DNA of 64,000 nt. Origin: Alphaproteobacteria bacterium. Lineage in GTDB: Bacteria; Pseudomonadota; Alphaproteobacteria; MPNO01; UBA830. Location of the stretch: the NCBI GenBank assembly GCA_965243135.1, contig OZ251539.1, positions 352,001 through 416,000 of the forward strand. The letters run 5' to 3'. Positions 32,501 through 40,615 of this stretch are shown here, piece by piece. The position numbers and the translations under genes are program-made. Within the stretch, counting starts at the first letter, position 1. Each line of letters opens with the position of its first letter. The notes beneath the pieces were generated by a model that saw nothing but the letters and a program-made list of their open reading frames with translations, was not told the origin of the DNA and did not search any database.

Positions 32501-33274
32501 ATCGAACTCCGGGTCATCGGCCGCCTTATCGATGGCCGCATGATACGGTAGCAGGAAGCCATCCGCGAAGTCGGGGCGAATGGAGTGCTGGATCATGCGC
32601 TCCCACAGCATCGCACGCAATTTTCCCTCGAGATCCCTCGTGGCGTAGTCGTACTCCCGTGCGTTGCCGATATCCTTCACGCGCCCGACGCCGATCAGGA
32701 TACGTCCGCCGGGCGAATCCTCCACGAACGGCACCTGCTTGGCGTAGAAGAAGCAGAGCGAGCGCTCTGGTTTGAGATGGCTGGCGAAACAGTCGAGCAG
32801 CGATGTTTGGTTTCGGTACTCCAGAATGAACTTTGTGGGGAATCCCAGATAGGGTTCGCGCTCAAGGTCGACATCGAGCCGGTGGTCTTTGCCAAGGGTC
32901 TCGATCGCTTCGCGAAACATCCAGGCGAAGGGTACGGCGGGCGCAGAGTAGGGCGGATGTCGCAGCGGCGTCCGCTTGAAGTGACCGTGCTTCGTCTCAG
33001 GGCCGCGGTTGTAGGGGTGATCGGCCATGCGAACGTATTCGAAGGGCGCCATGAAAGCGGCGCGCTCAGCAATGCACGATGGCCATTGCTCCTGCGAAAG
33101 ATTCCGGATGCTTTCTCCTGAGACGGAATCCTCCGCGTCGTCGTTCCGGCTTTTCGCAATGCGCTTGAGCTTGAGGCAAGCGCCATTCAGTCGCGGCGCG
33201 GCGCAGACGTTTCCGTCCCATCCGGTATCGTGCCATGGGACGCGGATGGAGATATGTCTCAACGGATAGTCCAT
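29534..33274 (-). CDS. RecD-like SF1B helicase fused to a C-terminal PD-(D/E)xK-like nuclease and a Cys-containing N-terminal domain
   Basis: GPAGAGKTT, VIVDEASM, GDPRQLPPIGAG, AYALTVHKSQGS, LLYTALTR; C-terminal RSKSEVII...YE...YPDFTI...YWEHCG. Confidence 0.9.
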   Translation of the reverse strand: MDYPLRHISIRVPWHDTGWDGNVCAAPRLNGACLKLKRIAKSRNDDAEDSVSGESIRNLSQEQWPSCIAERAAFMAPFEYVRMADHPYNRGPETKHGHFKRTPLRHPPYSAPAVPFAWMFREAIETLGKDHRLDVDLEREPYLGFPTKFILEYRNQTSLLDCFASHLKPERSLCFFYAKQVPFVEDSPGGRILIGVGRVKDIGNAREYDYATRDLEGKLRAMLWERMIQHSIRPDFADGFLLPYHAAIDKAADDPEFDPAEIAAFSPADRLLEFSYGSELVSHDGAIASLLECAKSLRKAESILPGPWDRCLQWIDARLGELWKARGPCPGLGPALKAFGLEFGTFVARILADKAGDNADPWPLVAEMFADPGKHLPERLARSIGETLSSKWSGLPDDRRALLKLVSRFEIALEQATTLYVREERANAGIDASDADLLANPYLFYELTRLTADPVSVWTVDRGVFPDEVVRERHPLPTPTALDAGTDARRVRAFVLKVLEDAASGGSTLLPQDQVVLGIRALPVQPPCQVDADLMNAAKEDFRGAVEEFAMADGAPALQLDRLRKAGTTIRNAIEKRIEGKRLVVEADWRSCLDAHPSIQSFEVPGELKEHGRTEQEAALKELAAARLSVLIGPAGAGKTTLLSVLCSHPGLEASGVLLLAPTGKARVRMEQSAKDLKLKGYTIAQFLSPHRYDGATGRYRLSDKPTDVGARTVIVDEASMLTEEMLAALIQALRGVHRLILIGDPRQLPPIGAGRPFVDIVKRLAPENITEKFPRVGPGYAELTVRYRQAGENREDLRLAEWFSGSPVAAGEDDVFDKVMSNDEDQHIQFVRWETAEEMRSRLLEVLVKELPLKNADDIEGFDTTLGGVPWNGLRFFNPGMGEKIGAAEAAERWQILSPVRSAAHGVPDLNRLIHKQFRQPMVDAARREGWQRRIPRPMGAEEIVYGDKVINLVNTGIPRNGHRKVYPDKDDPYIANGEIGMAVGYFRPRGKPDFRWKLEVEFSSQPGFKYDFTDRDFAEESNAVLELAYALTVHKSQGSQFGTVILVLPNPCRLLSRELLYTALTRQKNRIVILHQGPHAELRKYSSGDRSETARRLTNLFVAPSPVEVDGLFFENNLIHRTARGEMVRSKSEVIIADHLANAGLEYGYEQELTFDGGITNKYPDFTIEDVESGLTFYWEHCGMLHVPGYRRRWEEKLGWYRNHSILRPEEGSGENGTLIVTRDEANGSIDSEKIAAIISDVLG

Positions 33275-33670
33275 TGCCGTTCCGAGCCGTGAGGATCTTC
33301 AAGTCCCTCCGCCAACGCGGCGCAGGAAGCAGTATTCCGTTCGCTATATCAGTGCGCACGGGCCGTCAAGCTCTGCCCCGCAAATTGTGGCGCCGCTCGC
33401 TGCATCCTGCCCCGACGCTGGGGGTTTCCTCGGCCGAACCAGCACGCGAGCATCGGCCGGCAGCAGAATCAAATCCTGATACAGCGGCGCGATAGGATAG
33501 CTCGGCATCGTTCTTCGCCATTGTGCGGTACGATGGCGCGGTCCGGCGGCGGTAGACCGACCGACCGTAGCCAGCGCCAGCGGGCCGCTTCGGCCGGAGC
33601 GGGCGGGTCGCCGGACGACCTTCAACAGCAAGTCCCGGAGAAACCATTGCGCCAGCCGGCGCAATGGTCG

Positions 33671-33882
33671 CCATCGGCCCACGCGCACGCGGGCGGAAAG
33701 GAAGATCTCGTGCGCGCCAACGGTGCCGATCACATCGGCCCACGCGCACGCGGGCGGAAAGCCTCCGCGTTGGCCAGGATCAGGTCCTGGAGCCATCGGC
33801 CCACGCGCACGCGGGCGGAAATCATCCGCCTGGACGGTTGGCCGCCAAACGGCCCATCGGCCCACGCGCGCACGGGCGGAAA
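33671..33882 (-). CRISPR. Orphan CRISPR-like mini-array: four 29-bp repeats and three 32-bp spacers
   Basis: CCATCGGCCCACGCGCACGCGGGCGGAAA starts at 33671, 33732, 33793 and 33854 (exact 61-bp period) with unique spacers. Strand is inferred from the G-U stem and the AT-richer flank on the right. Confidence 0.85.
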
Positions 33883-34421
33883 CAGTGTGATACGGGATCA
33901 CATTATTTTTTCGGGACCGCAACATGCGGTAGGCCCGAGAGGCGAGTCGCGTTTTCATGCCCACTACATATCGAGCAAATTTGCCCGATTACCGGCGGGA
34001 TCAAGGCCAGGGTCCGGGTCCACGAGTACCCCGACCATACCCGCGCCGTTTTCCACGCTTCTGGACGCCTCGCACGCTAACGGACCGATGGGTCTTCGCA
34101 ATGCAAACCAGAAAGCCGTGCAACCGGCTCCGACGCGACCCTCTGGAGCAGAGAGCCGCTTCGTGCCTAACCGCCTCCCCGCAGGCCCGACCATTGGAAC
34201 GGAAACGGCAAGCCGCCAAGGCGAGCCCGAAGTGTTATGATGCTGCAAGTCGAGTACTTACCTGAAAGACATCCCGCCGAGGGCGTTCTTCTACCCCATC
34301 CGAACTCGGGAGATAAGTCGTTATTTGTCCGAAACCGGCAGATAGTCAGTTCCATGTGTCTCAGGAAACGGCTTGCGCCGTTTGTGTTTCGCAAAGCCGC
34401 AAGGCCGACGGAGGTTGCAAC

Positions 34422-36533
34422 ATGAGGATTCGTTCCCGTGAATTACTGCGGCTGGTTGCGATCTTCGTCTCGACGGCAGCGGTCGCAGGGGCGGCGGATC
34501 GGCTTGCTGCCCAGAAACTTGGCGAACCCGCCGCGAAACCCGAAACCGGAATTGCGCTGCCTGACCGCCGCCCGCCGCCGACAACCCAACAGATGCCGGA
34601 CGATGCGGCAGTTGTCGAAATTGAACGCCGCTTCATCGAACTCCAGAACGAAGACATCGAACTTAGGAAGGAAAACAACGAACTCAGGAAGGAAATTCTC
34701 CTGGGCCGCAGCAAATTGGTCGACTGGTGGCTTGCCGCAGTTGCCGTGCTGCTGACCACGTTCGGCGTTATTCTCGCCATTGCCGGTTTTTTCGGTTTCA
34801 GGCGATTTCGCGAAATCGAGAAGGAGGCGAGGGAGAGCGTGAGCGCGGCCGAGCGACAATTCGAAAAGGCTGCGACCCTCGTTGACAACATCAAGACAAC
34901 GAAACAACAGGCCGACTTTATTCTCGGTAGCCTAAAGGAAACTACTTCGGAATTCGTTCGCGACAATCCGGAAAGAGCGGACGAAGTCGCAAGAAGCGTT
35001 CGGGAAAATCCGATGGCGACCTTAGTGGATCGGGCGATCGCAGACGCCATCTCGCTTCAGGGATCGGAAGATTTTGAGGCGGCAATCGAAAAATGGCGAT
35101 CGATTGCCAACCTTTCGGAAGGGACCGATCGAGGCCTCGCGGCGCGGTCGTGGTTTTCCGTCGGATATCTGTGTCAGGAAATTTCCGACACCGAAGCGGC
35201 GATAATGGCCTATGACAGAGCCCTGCAAATGAACCCTGGTTCGGCCGCTGCCTACAACAACCGCGGCAACGCCAATTGCGATCTGGGACTGCACGAAGAG
35301 GCCCTCGCGGATTACGGCGCGGCGATCCGGCTCAGCCCGGACGATGCCGCTGCCTACTACAACCGCGGCGCCGCCAAGAGCGATCTGGGACTGCACGAAG
35401 AGGCCCTCGCGGATTACAGCGAGGCGATCCGGCTCAAGCCGGACTATGCCGAAGCGTACAACAACCGCGGCAACGCCAAGAAAGATCTGGGACTGCACGA
35501 AGAGGCCCTCGCGGATTATAGCGAGGCAATCCGGCTCAAGCCGGACTATGCCGAAGCGTACAGCAACCGCGGCATCGCCAAGAAAGATCTGGGACTGCAC
35601 GAAGAGGCCCTCGCGGATTATAGCGAGGCAATCCGGCTCAAGCCGGACTATGCCGAAGCGTACAGCAACCGCGGCGTCGCCAATTGCGATCTGGGACGGC
35701 ACGAAGAGGCCCTCGCGGATTACGGCGAGGCGATCCGGCTCAAGCCGGACTATGCCGAAGCGTACAACAATCGCGGCAATGCCAAGAGCGATCTGGGACG
35801 GCGCGAAGAGGCCCTCGCGGATTACGGCGAGGCGATCCGGCTCAGGCCGGACTTTGCCGAAGCGTACAACAACCGCGGCATCGCCAGGAGAAATCTGGGA
35901 CAGCACGAGGAGGCCCTCGCGGATTACGGCGAGGCGGTCCGGCTCAAGCCGGACGATGCCGTTGCCTACTGCAACCGAGGCGTCGCCAAGAGCGATCTGG
36001 GACGGCACGAAGAGGCCCTCGCGGATTACGGCGAGGCGATCCGGCTCAAGCCGGACTATGCCGAAGCGTACAACAACCGCGGCAACGCCAAGAAAGATCT
36101 GGGACTGCACGAAGAGGCCCTCGCGGATTACGGCGAGGCGATCCGGCTCAAGCCGGACGATGCCGAAGCGTACAACAACCGCGGCAATGCCAAGAGCGAT
36201 CTGGGACGGCGCGAAGAGGCCCTCGCGGATTACGGCGAGGCGATCCGGCTCAAGCCGGACGATGCCGAAGCGTACAACAACCGAGGCGTCGCCAAGAGCG
36301 ATCTGGGACGGCACGAAGAGGCCATCGCGGATTACGGCGAGGCGGTCCGGCTCAGCCCGGACTTTATCTCTACATATTACAATCGGGGGCGGGCAAATAT
36401 GGAATTGGGACATGCGAGCAAAGCGCGGCAAGACTTCATGACAACGATGGCCTTGGCTCAAGAAAAAGGCGACGAGAAACTTGCCCGTGCCGCGAGAGAA
36501 GCCCTTGGAACATCGCTCGACGAAAACGAATGA
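34422..36533 (+). CDS. Membrane-anchored TPR protein with 11 near-identical 34-aa repeats
   Basis: RBS ggagg; signal-like N-terminus, coiled coil, TM helix WWLAAVAVLL...GFFGF; AEAYxNRGxAxxDLGxHEEALADYxEAIRLKPD repeats of 102 bp. Confidence 0.95.
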   Translation: MRIRSRELLRLVAIFVSTAAVAGAADRLAAQKLGEPAAKPETGIALPDRRPPPTTQQMPDDAAVVEIERRFIELQNEDIELRKENNELRKEILLGRSKLVDWWLAAVAVLLTTFGVILAIAGFFGFRRFREIEKEARESVSAAERQFEKAATLVDNIKTTKQQADFILGSLKETTSEFVRDNPERADEVARSVRENPMATLVDRAIADAISLQGSEDFEAAIEKWRSIANLSEGTDRGLAARSWFSVGYLCQEISDTEAAIMAYDRALQMNPGSAAAYNNRGNANCDLGLHEEALADYGAAIRLSPDDAAAYYNRGAAKSDLGLHEEALADYSEAIRLKPDYAEAYNNRGNAKKDLGLHEEALADYSEAIRLKPDYAEAYSNRGIAKKDLGLHEEALADYSEAIRLKPDYAEAYSNRGVANCDLGRHEEALADYGEAIRLKPDYAEAYNNRGNAKSDLGRREEALADYGEAIRLRPDFAEAYNNRGIARRNLGQHEEALADYGEAVRLKPDDAVAYCNRGVAKSDLGRHEEALADYGEAIRLKPDYAEAYNNRGNAKKDLGLHEEALADYGEAIRLKPDDAEAYNNRGNAKSDLGRREEALADYGEAIRLKPDDAEAYNNRGVAKSDLGRHEEAIADYGEAVRLSPDFISTYYNRGRANMELGHASKARQDFMTTMALAQEKGDEKLARAAREALGTSLDENE

Positions 36534-37560
36534 TGTACACGCCCGGCGCTGCGGATCCCGGCGAGCTTCGGCAGCGGACTCCGAAAACATCCCCCTCTTT
36601 CAATTCAGAAACGCGACGCAAGCGGTCGGAATCATCGGACGCCCGCTCGCGAATGCGCAGCTGCCCGAACAGTTGAAACGCCTGAACGGAAGGCGATGGC
36701 GTTTCGCCGAATGGAGCATGTTCGCTTGAAGAACGAGTGCGAAGTGGCACCCGAAGTTTTGTGCCGCGGAGACGCGGCTCGCCCGAGTGCCGCTGGAGAA
36801 GGAGTGCTCGTGGGTGAATGACGAGAGCTGGGACAGCGGCCCCGCAGCCGGGTGGTCAATCGGGGATCTCGACGGAGCGGAGATCAGTCGCACCGTCGAG
36901 GAGGCGGTCCGCCGCCGACGGCTATCGGATCCGGAGACCCGGGAACCACCCGGCATGCTGCGCGCTCTGGGGCTTCTCGTCGACGATGCCCCGCGGCGCG
37001 CGAGCGTCGTGCTGTTCGGGCGCGCTGAACGCCCGATGATGCCGCGATGCCTGTGCGCTCGCATACGCGGCCGTTCCGAGTATCTGGACGACCGGCGGTT
37101 CAACGGCAACGTCTTCACGCTTCTTGCAAAGGCGGAGCGATTCCTGCTCGATACGCTGCCGATAGCGGGCAGGTTCGAGGCCGGACGATTCGATCGGATC
37201 GACGAGCCGCTGTACCCGCCGCTCGCGACACGCGAGGCTCTCGTGAACGCCTTTTGCCATCAGGACTACGCGATGCGCGGCGGCCTCGTGAACGTGACGG
37301 TCTACGACGACCGCCTGGAGATCGCGTCCTCCGGCAATCTGGCTTCCGGGTCGAGTCCGGGAAAACCGTTCGCGCCGCACGAGCACCTGCCGCCGAACCC
37401 GCGGATCGCCCGCACCTTGCATCTGCGGGGCGTTATCGAGGCGCGCGGAGGCGGAATTCCGAGGATGGCGGAATGGACCTCCTTGGCGGGGCAGCCGCGC
37501 CCGGAATTCGTGGAAAGCGACGATGTCTTGATGGTCCGGTTTCGACGCGGCCGGGCGTAG
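36530..37560 (+). pseudogene. Eroded AlbA_2/RecG-C (HATPase_c_4) type ATP-binding protein, N-terminus decayed
   Basis: YPPLATREALVNAFCHQDY...VYDDRLEIASSG...NPRIA...IEARGGGI...P.F. Confidence 0.75.
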
Positions 37561-37628
37561 TTTCCACCCCACAGGCGCACGCTGCCCCACGGATCCGCAC
37601 GCTCGCGGCGCATTTTCGCGAACATACC

Positions 37629-38112
37629 AAACGCTCATGATCGGAGCCTGCTCGCCCCGTAGCATGTAACTTTGGGGGTGGTTCTCCCGGCCTCGCGCCA
37701 TGCGCCGACATAACCGTTCCGCGTTCGGGCGTCGAGGCGCGAAGACAGGGCTATACGGGGCTGCCCTCAGTGTCACGCTCCTCTCGAACGGCGAGCGCCG
37801 CCGCGAAAAAATCTCGCGGAACGGTTTCGTGTGGCCGGCAGATCAGGGTAGTTACACAACAACAAACGCTCATGATCGGAGCCTGCTCACCCCGTAGCAT
37901 GTAACTTTGGGGGTGGTTCTCCCGGCGTCGCGCCGCTATCATGCGCCCACATAACCGTTCCGCGTTCGGGCGTCGCGGCGTGAAGACAGGGCTATACGGG
38001 GCAGCCCTCAGCGTCACGCTCCTCTCGAACGACCAGCGCCGCCGCGAAAAATCTTCGATTCGCGGAATGGTTTTTTGCGGCCGGCAGCTCGGAGGTAGTT
38101 ACACAGCAAACG
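37629..38112. repeat. Tandem non-coding duplication (units of ~235 and ~244 bp)
   Basis: aaacgctcatgatcggagcctgctc starts at 37629 and 37864; both units end gtagttacaca.c..aaacg. Confidence 0.92.
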
Positions 38113-38219
38113 AAGGTCTTTTTCGGCCGGGCGTCTGGACATCCGGAATTTTTTTGCCCGTCGGGGCATGTCATGATTCTTTCCGCGCCGTGCTAGAAGA
38201 AGGTCAAGGCGGTAACAGA

Positions 38220-39443
38220 ATGGCCAGCATGCTGCTTTCCCGACCGGCTGCCTCTTCGGCCGATCCGCTCCCTGTCGCGGACATCCAGACCGGGCGCGCG
38301 ATCTATCTCGACTACGCCGCGACGACGCCGGTAGATCCTTCCGTCGCCAAGACAATGGCTGGATTCCTCACGGTCGACGGCGATTTCGGCAATCCCGCCT
38401 CGACCACCCACGAATTCGGCCGGGTTGCGGCAGACGCCGTTGAGGATGCCCGCGGGGAAGTCGCGAAGCTGCTTGCGGCAAAGCCTCGGGAAATCGTCTG
38501 GACCTCCGGCGCCACCGAAGCGATCAATCTCGCCATGAAGGGAACCGCGCTTGCCCGCGGGGGCCGCGGCGCGCACATCGTCACATCGGCTCTGGAACAC
38601 AAGGCGGTCCTGGACACGGCGGCCTGGCTCGAATCCCAGGGTTTCGACGTCGACCGCATCCGACCCGGCGGCGGAACGGTCACCGCCGAGAGTCTTGCCG
38701 AGGTCTTGCGACCGGACACCGTCCTCGTATCGCTGATGCACGTCAACAACGAGACCGGAACCGTCACCGATATCGCGGAACTCGGTTCCCTGATTCGGGA
38801 GCACGGAGCTTTGTTTCACGTGGACGCGGTGCAAAGCGCCGCCCGGCTTCCTCTCGACGATATTGCCGCCGCAGCCGATCTGATCTCGATCAGTGCGCAC
38901 AAGATGTACGGGCCAAAGGGAATCGGCGCGCTTCACGTTCGCGGACGCCTCGCCGCCGAACTGGAGCCCCTGATGCACGGAGGCGGACACGAACGCGGAT
39001 TGCGCCCGGGAACGCTCCCGGTGCACCAGATCGTCGGCATGGGGCACGCAGCCCGACTTGCGCTCCAGCGGCGCGATAGCGACACGGAACGCGTCGGCGC
39101 GCTCGATGAGCGGCTCCGCGACCACATCGAACGGATCGAGGGCGCCGAGATCAACGGGAACCCCGATTGGCGCGTCCCCGGCATTCTCAGCGTTCATTTT
39201 CCGGGCGTCGAGGCTGAATCGCTGATGGTCGCGCTCGACAATCTTGCGGTCTCCTCAGGTTCCGCCTGCACGTCGGCCGATGTCGAGCCGTCGCATGTCC
39301 TGCGCTCTCTCGGCTACGACGCCGAACGCGCGCTTTCGTCGGTGCGCATAAGCTTCGGGCGGTTCACGACCGCCCGTGAGATCGACTGCGCCGGAGAACT
39401 GCTTCGGGAAACGGTAACAATCCTTCGGAGAATTGCACGATGA
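38220..39443 (+). CDS. dndA: Cysteine desulfurase (DndA/IscS family)
   Basis: YLDYAATTP, TSGATEA, HVDAVQ, SAHKMYGPKG, SSGSAC; ATGA overlap with dndC. Confidence 0.88.
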   Translation: MASMLLSRPAASSADPLPVADIQTGRAIYLDYAATTPVDPSVAKTMAGFLTVDGDFGNPASTTHEFGRVAADAVEDARGEVAKLLAAKPREIVWTSGATEAINLAMKGTALARGGRGAHIVTSALEHKAVLDTAAWLESQGFDVDRIRPGGGTVTAESLAEVLRPDTVLVSLMHVNNETGTVTDIAELGSLIREHGALFHVDAVQSAARLPLDDIAAAADLISISAHKMYGPKGIGALHVRGRLAAELEPLMHGGGHERGLRPGTLPVHQIVGMGHAARLALQRRDSDTERVGALDERLRDHIERIEGAEINGNPDWRVPGILSVHFPGVEAESLMVALDNLAVSSGSACTSADVEPSHVLRSLGYDAERALSSVRISFGRFTTAREIDCAGELLRETVTILRRIAR

Positions 39444-40615
39444 CCGCCACTCGGGACAATGCCGTCGCGACTCTTCCTGATCGACTGGACGCAATCCTCT
39501 GCACGCTCCGGAAGGAGTACCGGAGGAGGCATCGGCATCCTTGGATCGTCGCTTATTCGGGCGGGAAGGATTCCACTTTGCTGCTGCAATTCGTCTGGGA
39601 AACCGTTGCCGGACTTGCGGAGGCGGAACGCAAGCGGCCGGTGTTCGTCGTCGGAAACGACACGCTCGTGGAATCCCCCCTGGTCATCCGGCACCTCCGG
39701 GACTCGCTGGAGACTGTCGGTGCCGCCGCCGAGCGCGAGGGCCTTCCGCTCGAAACCGAAATCACCGAGCCATGCATCGACCAGACTTTCTGGGTCAACG
39801 TCATTGGCCGCGGGTACATCCCTCCGACCAGGAACTTCCGCTGGTGCACCGACAGGATGAAGATCGTACCGACCAACCGGTTGCTGGAACAGGTGGTCCG
39901 TGAAACCGGAGGAGCGATTCTCCTGATCGGCAGCCGCAGGGCCGAGTCGGACAACCGCAAGCGGGCGATGGACCGCCGGAAAGTTTCCGCCCTGCGCATG
40001 AACCCGCACAGCTCCGTCGCCGGATGCAGGATGTTCGCTCCGCTCGCGGACCTCTCCGACGACGATGTGTGGATGACGCTGATGCAACGCAAACCGCCGT
40101 GGGGCGGGACGCATCGACGGTTGATCACGCTCTACAGGAACGCGGGCGGCGGGGAATGCCCTCTGGTGATGACGAAAGAACAGGCTCCGTCCTGCGGAAC
40201 CTCTTCGCCGCGTTTCGGCTGCTGGACCTGCACCGTCGTAACCAAGGACCGCAGCCTCCGCGGGCTGATCGAATCCGGACATGCGGAGGCGGCGAAGATG
40301 GAGGCTCTCGGAGATTTCCGGGAGTGGCTGGTCGAGACTCGCGAGAACAATGCGAACCGGCTGCCGGTCCGGAGGAACGGGAACGCGAAGCGGCGGGCCG
40401 ATGGATCGACGGTCTTCGGCCCGTTCAGGCTGGAAGTCCGGAAGGAAATTTTGAAACGCTTGCGCGATCTTGAAACGGAAATCGGGGAAGATCTCATCCT
40501 TCCTGCGGAAGTCGAATGCATCGAAGACATGTGGTGGCGCGACGAAATCCGCGAGAACGCGCGACAGGCTCTCGACCGGCGCATGTTCGCCGACGCCGAG
40601 GAAGTCGCCGCATGA
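39440..40615 (+). CDS. dndC: DNA phosphorothioation sulfurtransferase DndC (PAPS reductase family)
   Basis: PWIVAYSGGKDS, DTLVESP, FWVNVIGRGYIPP..FRWCTDRMKI, CG.S.RFGCWTCTVV.KD.SL. Confidence 0.9.
   Translation: MTATRDNAVATLPDRLDAILCTLRKEYRRRHRHPWIVAYSGGKDSTLLLQFVWETVAGLAEAERKRPVFVVGNDTLVESPLVIRHLRDSLETVGAAAEREGLPLETEITEPCIDQTFWVNVIGRGYIPPTRNFRWCTDRMKIVPTNRLLEQVVRETGGAILLIGSRRAESDNRKRAMDRRKVSALRMNPHSSVAGCRMFAPLADLSDDDVWMTLMQRKPPWGGTHRRLITLYRNAGGGECPLVMTKEQAPSCGTSSPRFGCWTCTVVTKDRSLRGLIESGHAEAAKMEALGDFREWLVETRENNANRLPVRRNGNAKRRADGSTVFGPFRLEVRKEILKRLRDLETEIGEDLILPAEVECIEDMWWRDEIRENARQALDRRMFADAEEVAA

Noticed and set aside
33550-33670. Additional degenerate CRISPR repeats left of the array
   Set aside because: No recognisable repeat at the expected 61-bp offsets
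33700-33853. Self-targeting by array spacers (11-nt match of spacer 1 at 1674; 13-nt match of spacer 2 at 14011)
   Set aside because: The matches are short and expected by chance in 64 kb of GC-rich DNA; the flanks do not extend
35240-36370. 102-bp and 108-bp tandem repeats as CRISPR or non-coding arrays
   Set aside because: They are in-frame TPR and Sel1 coding repeats without unique spacers
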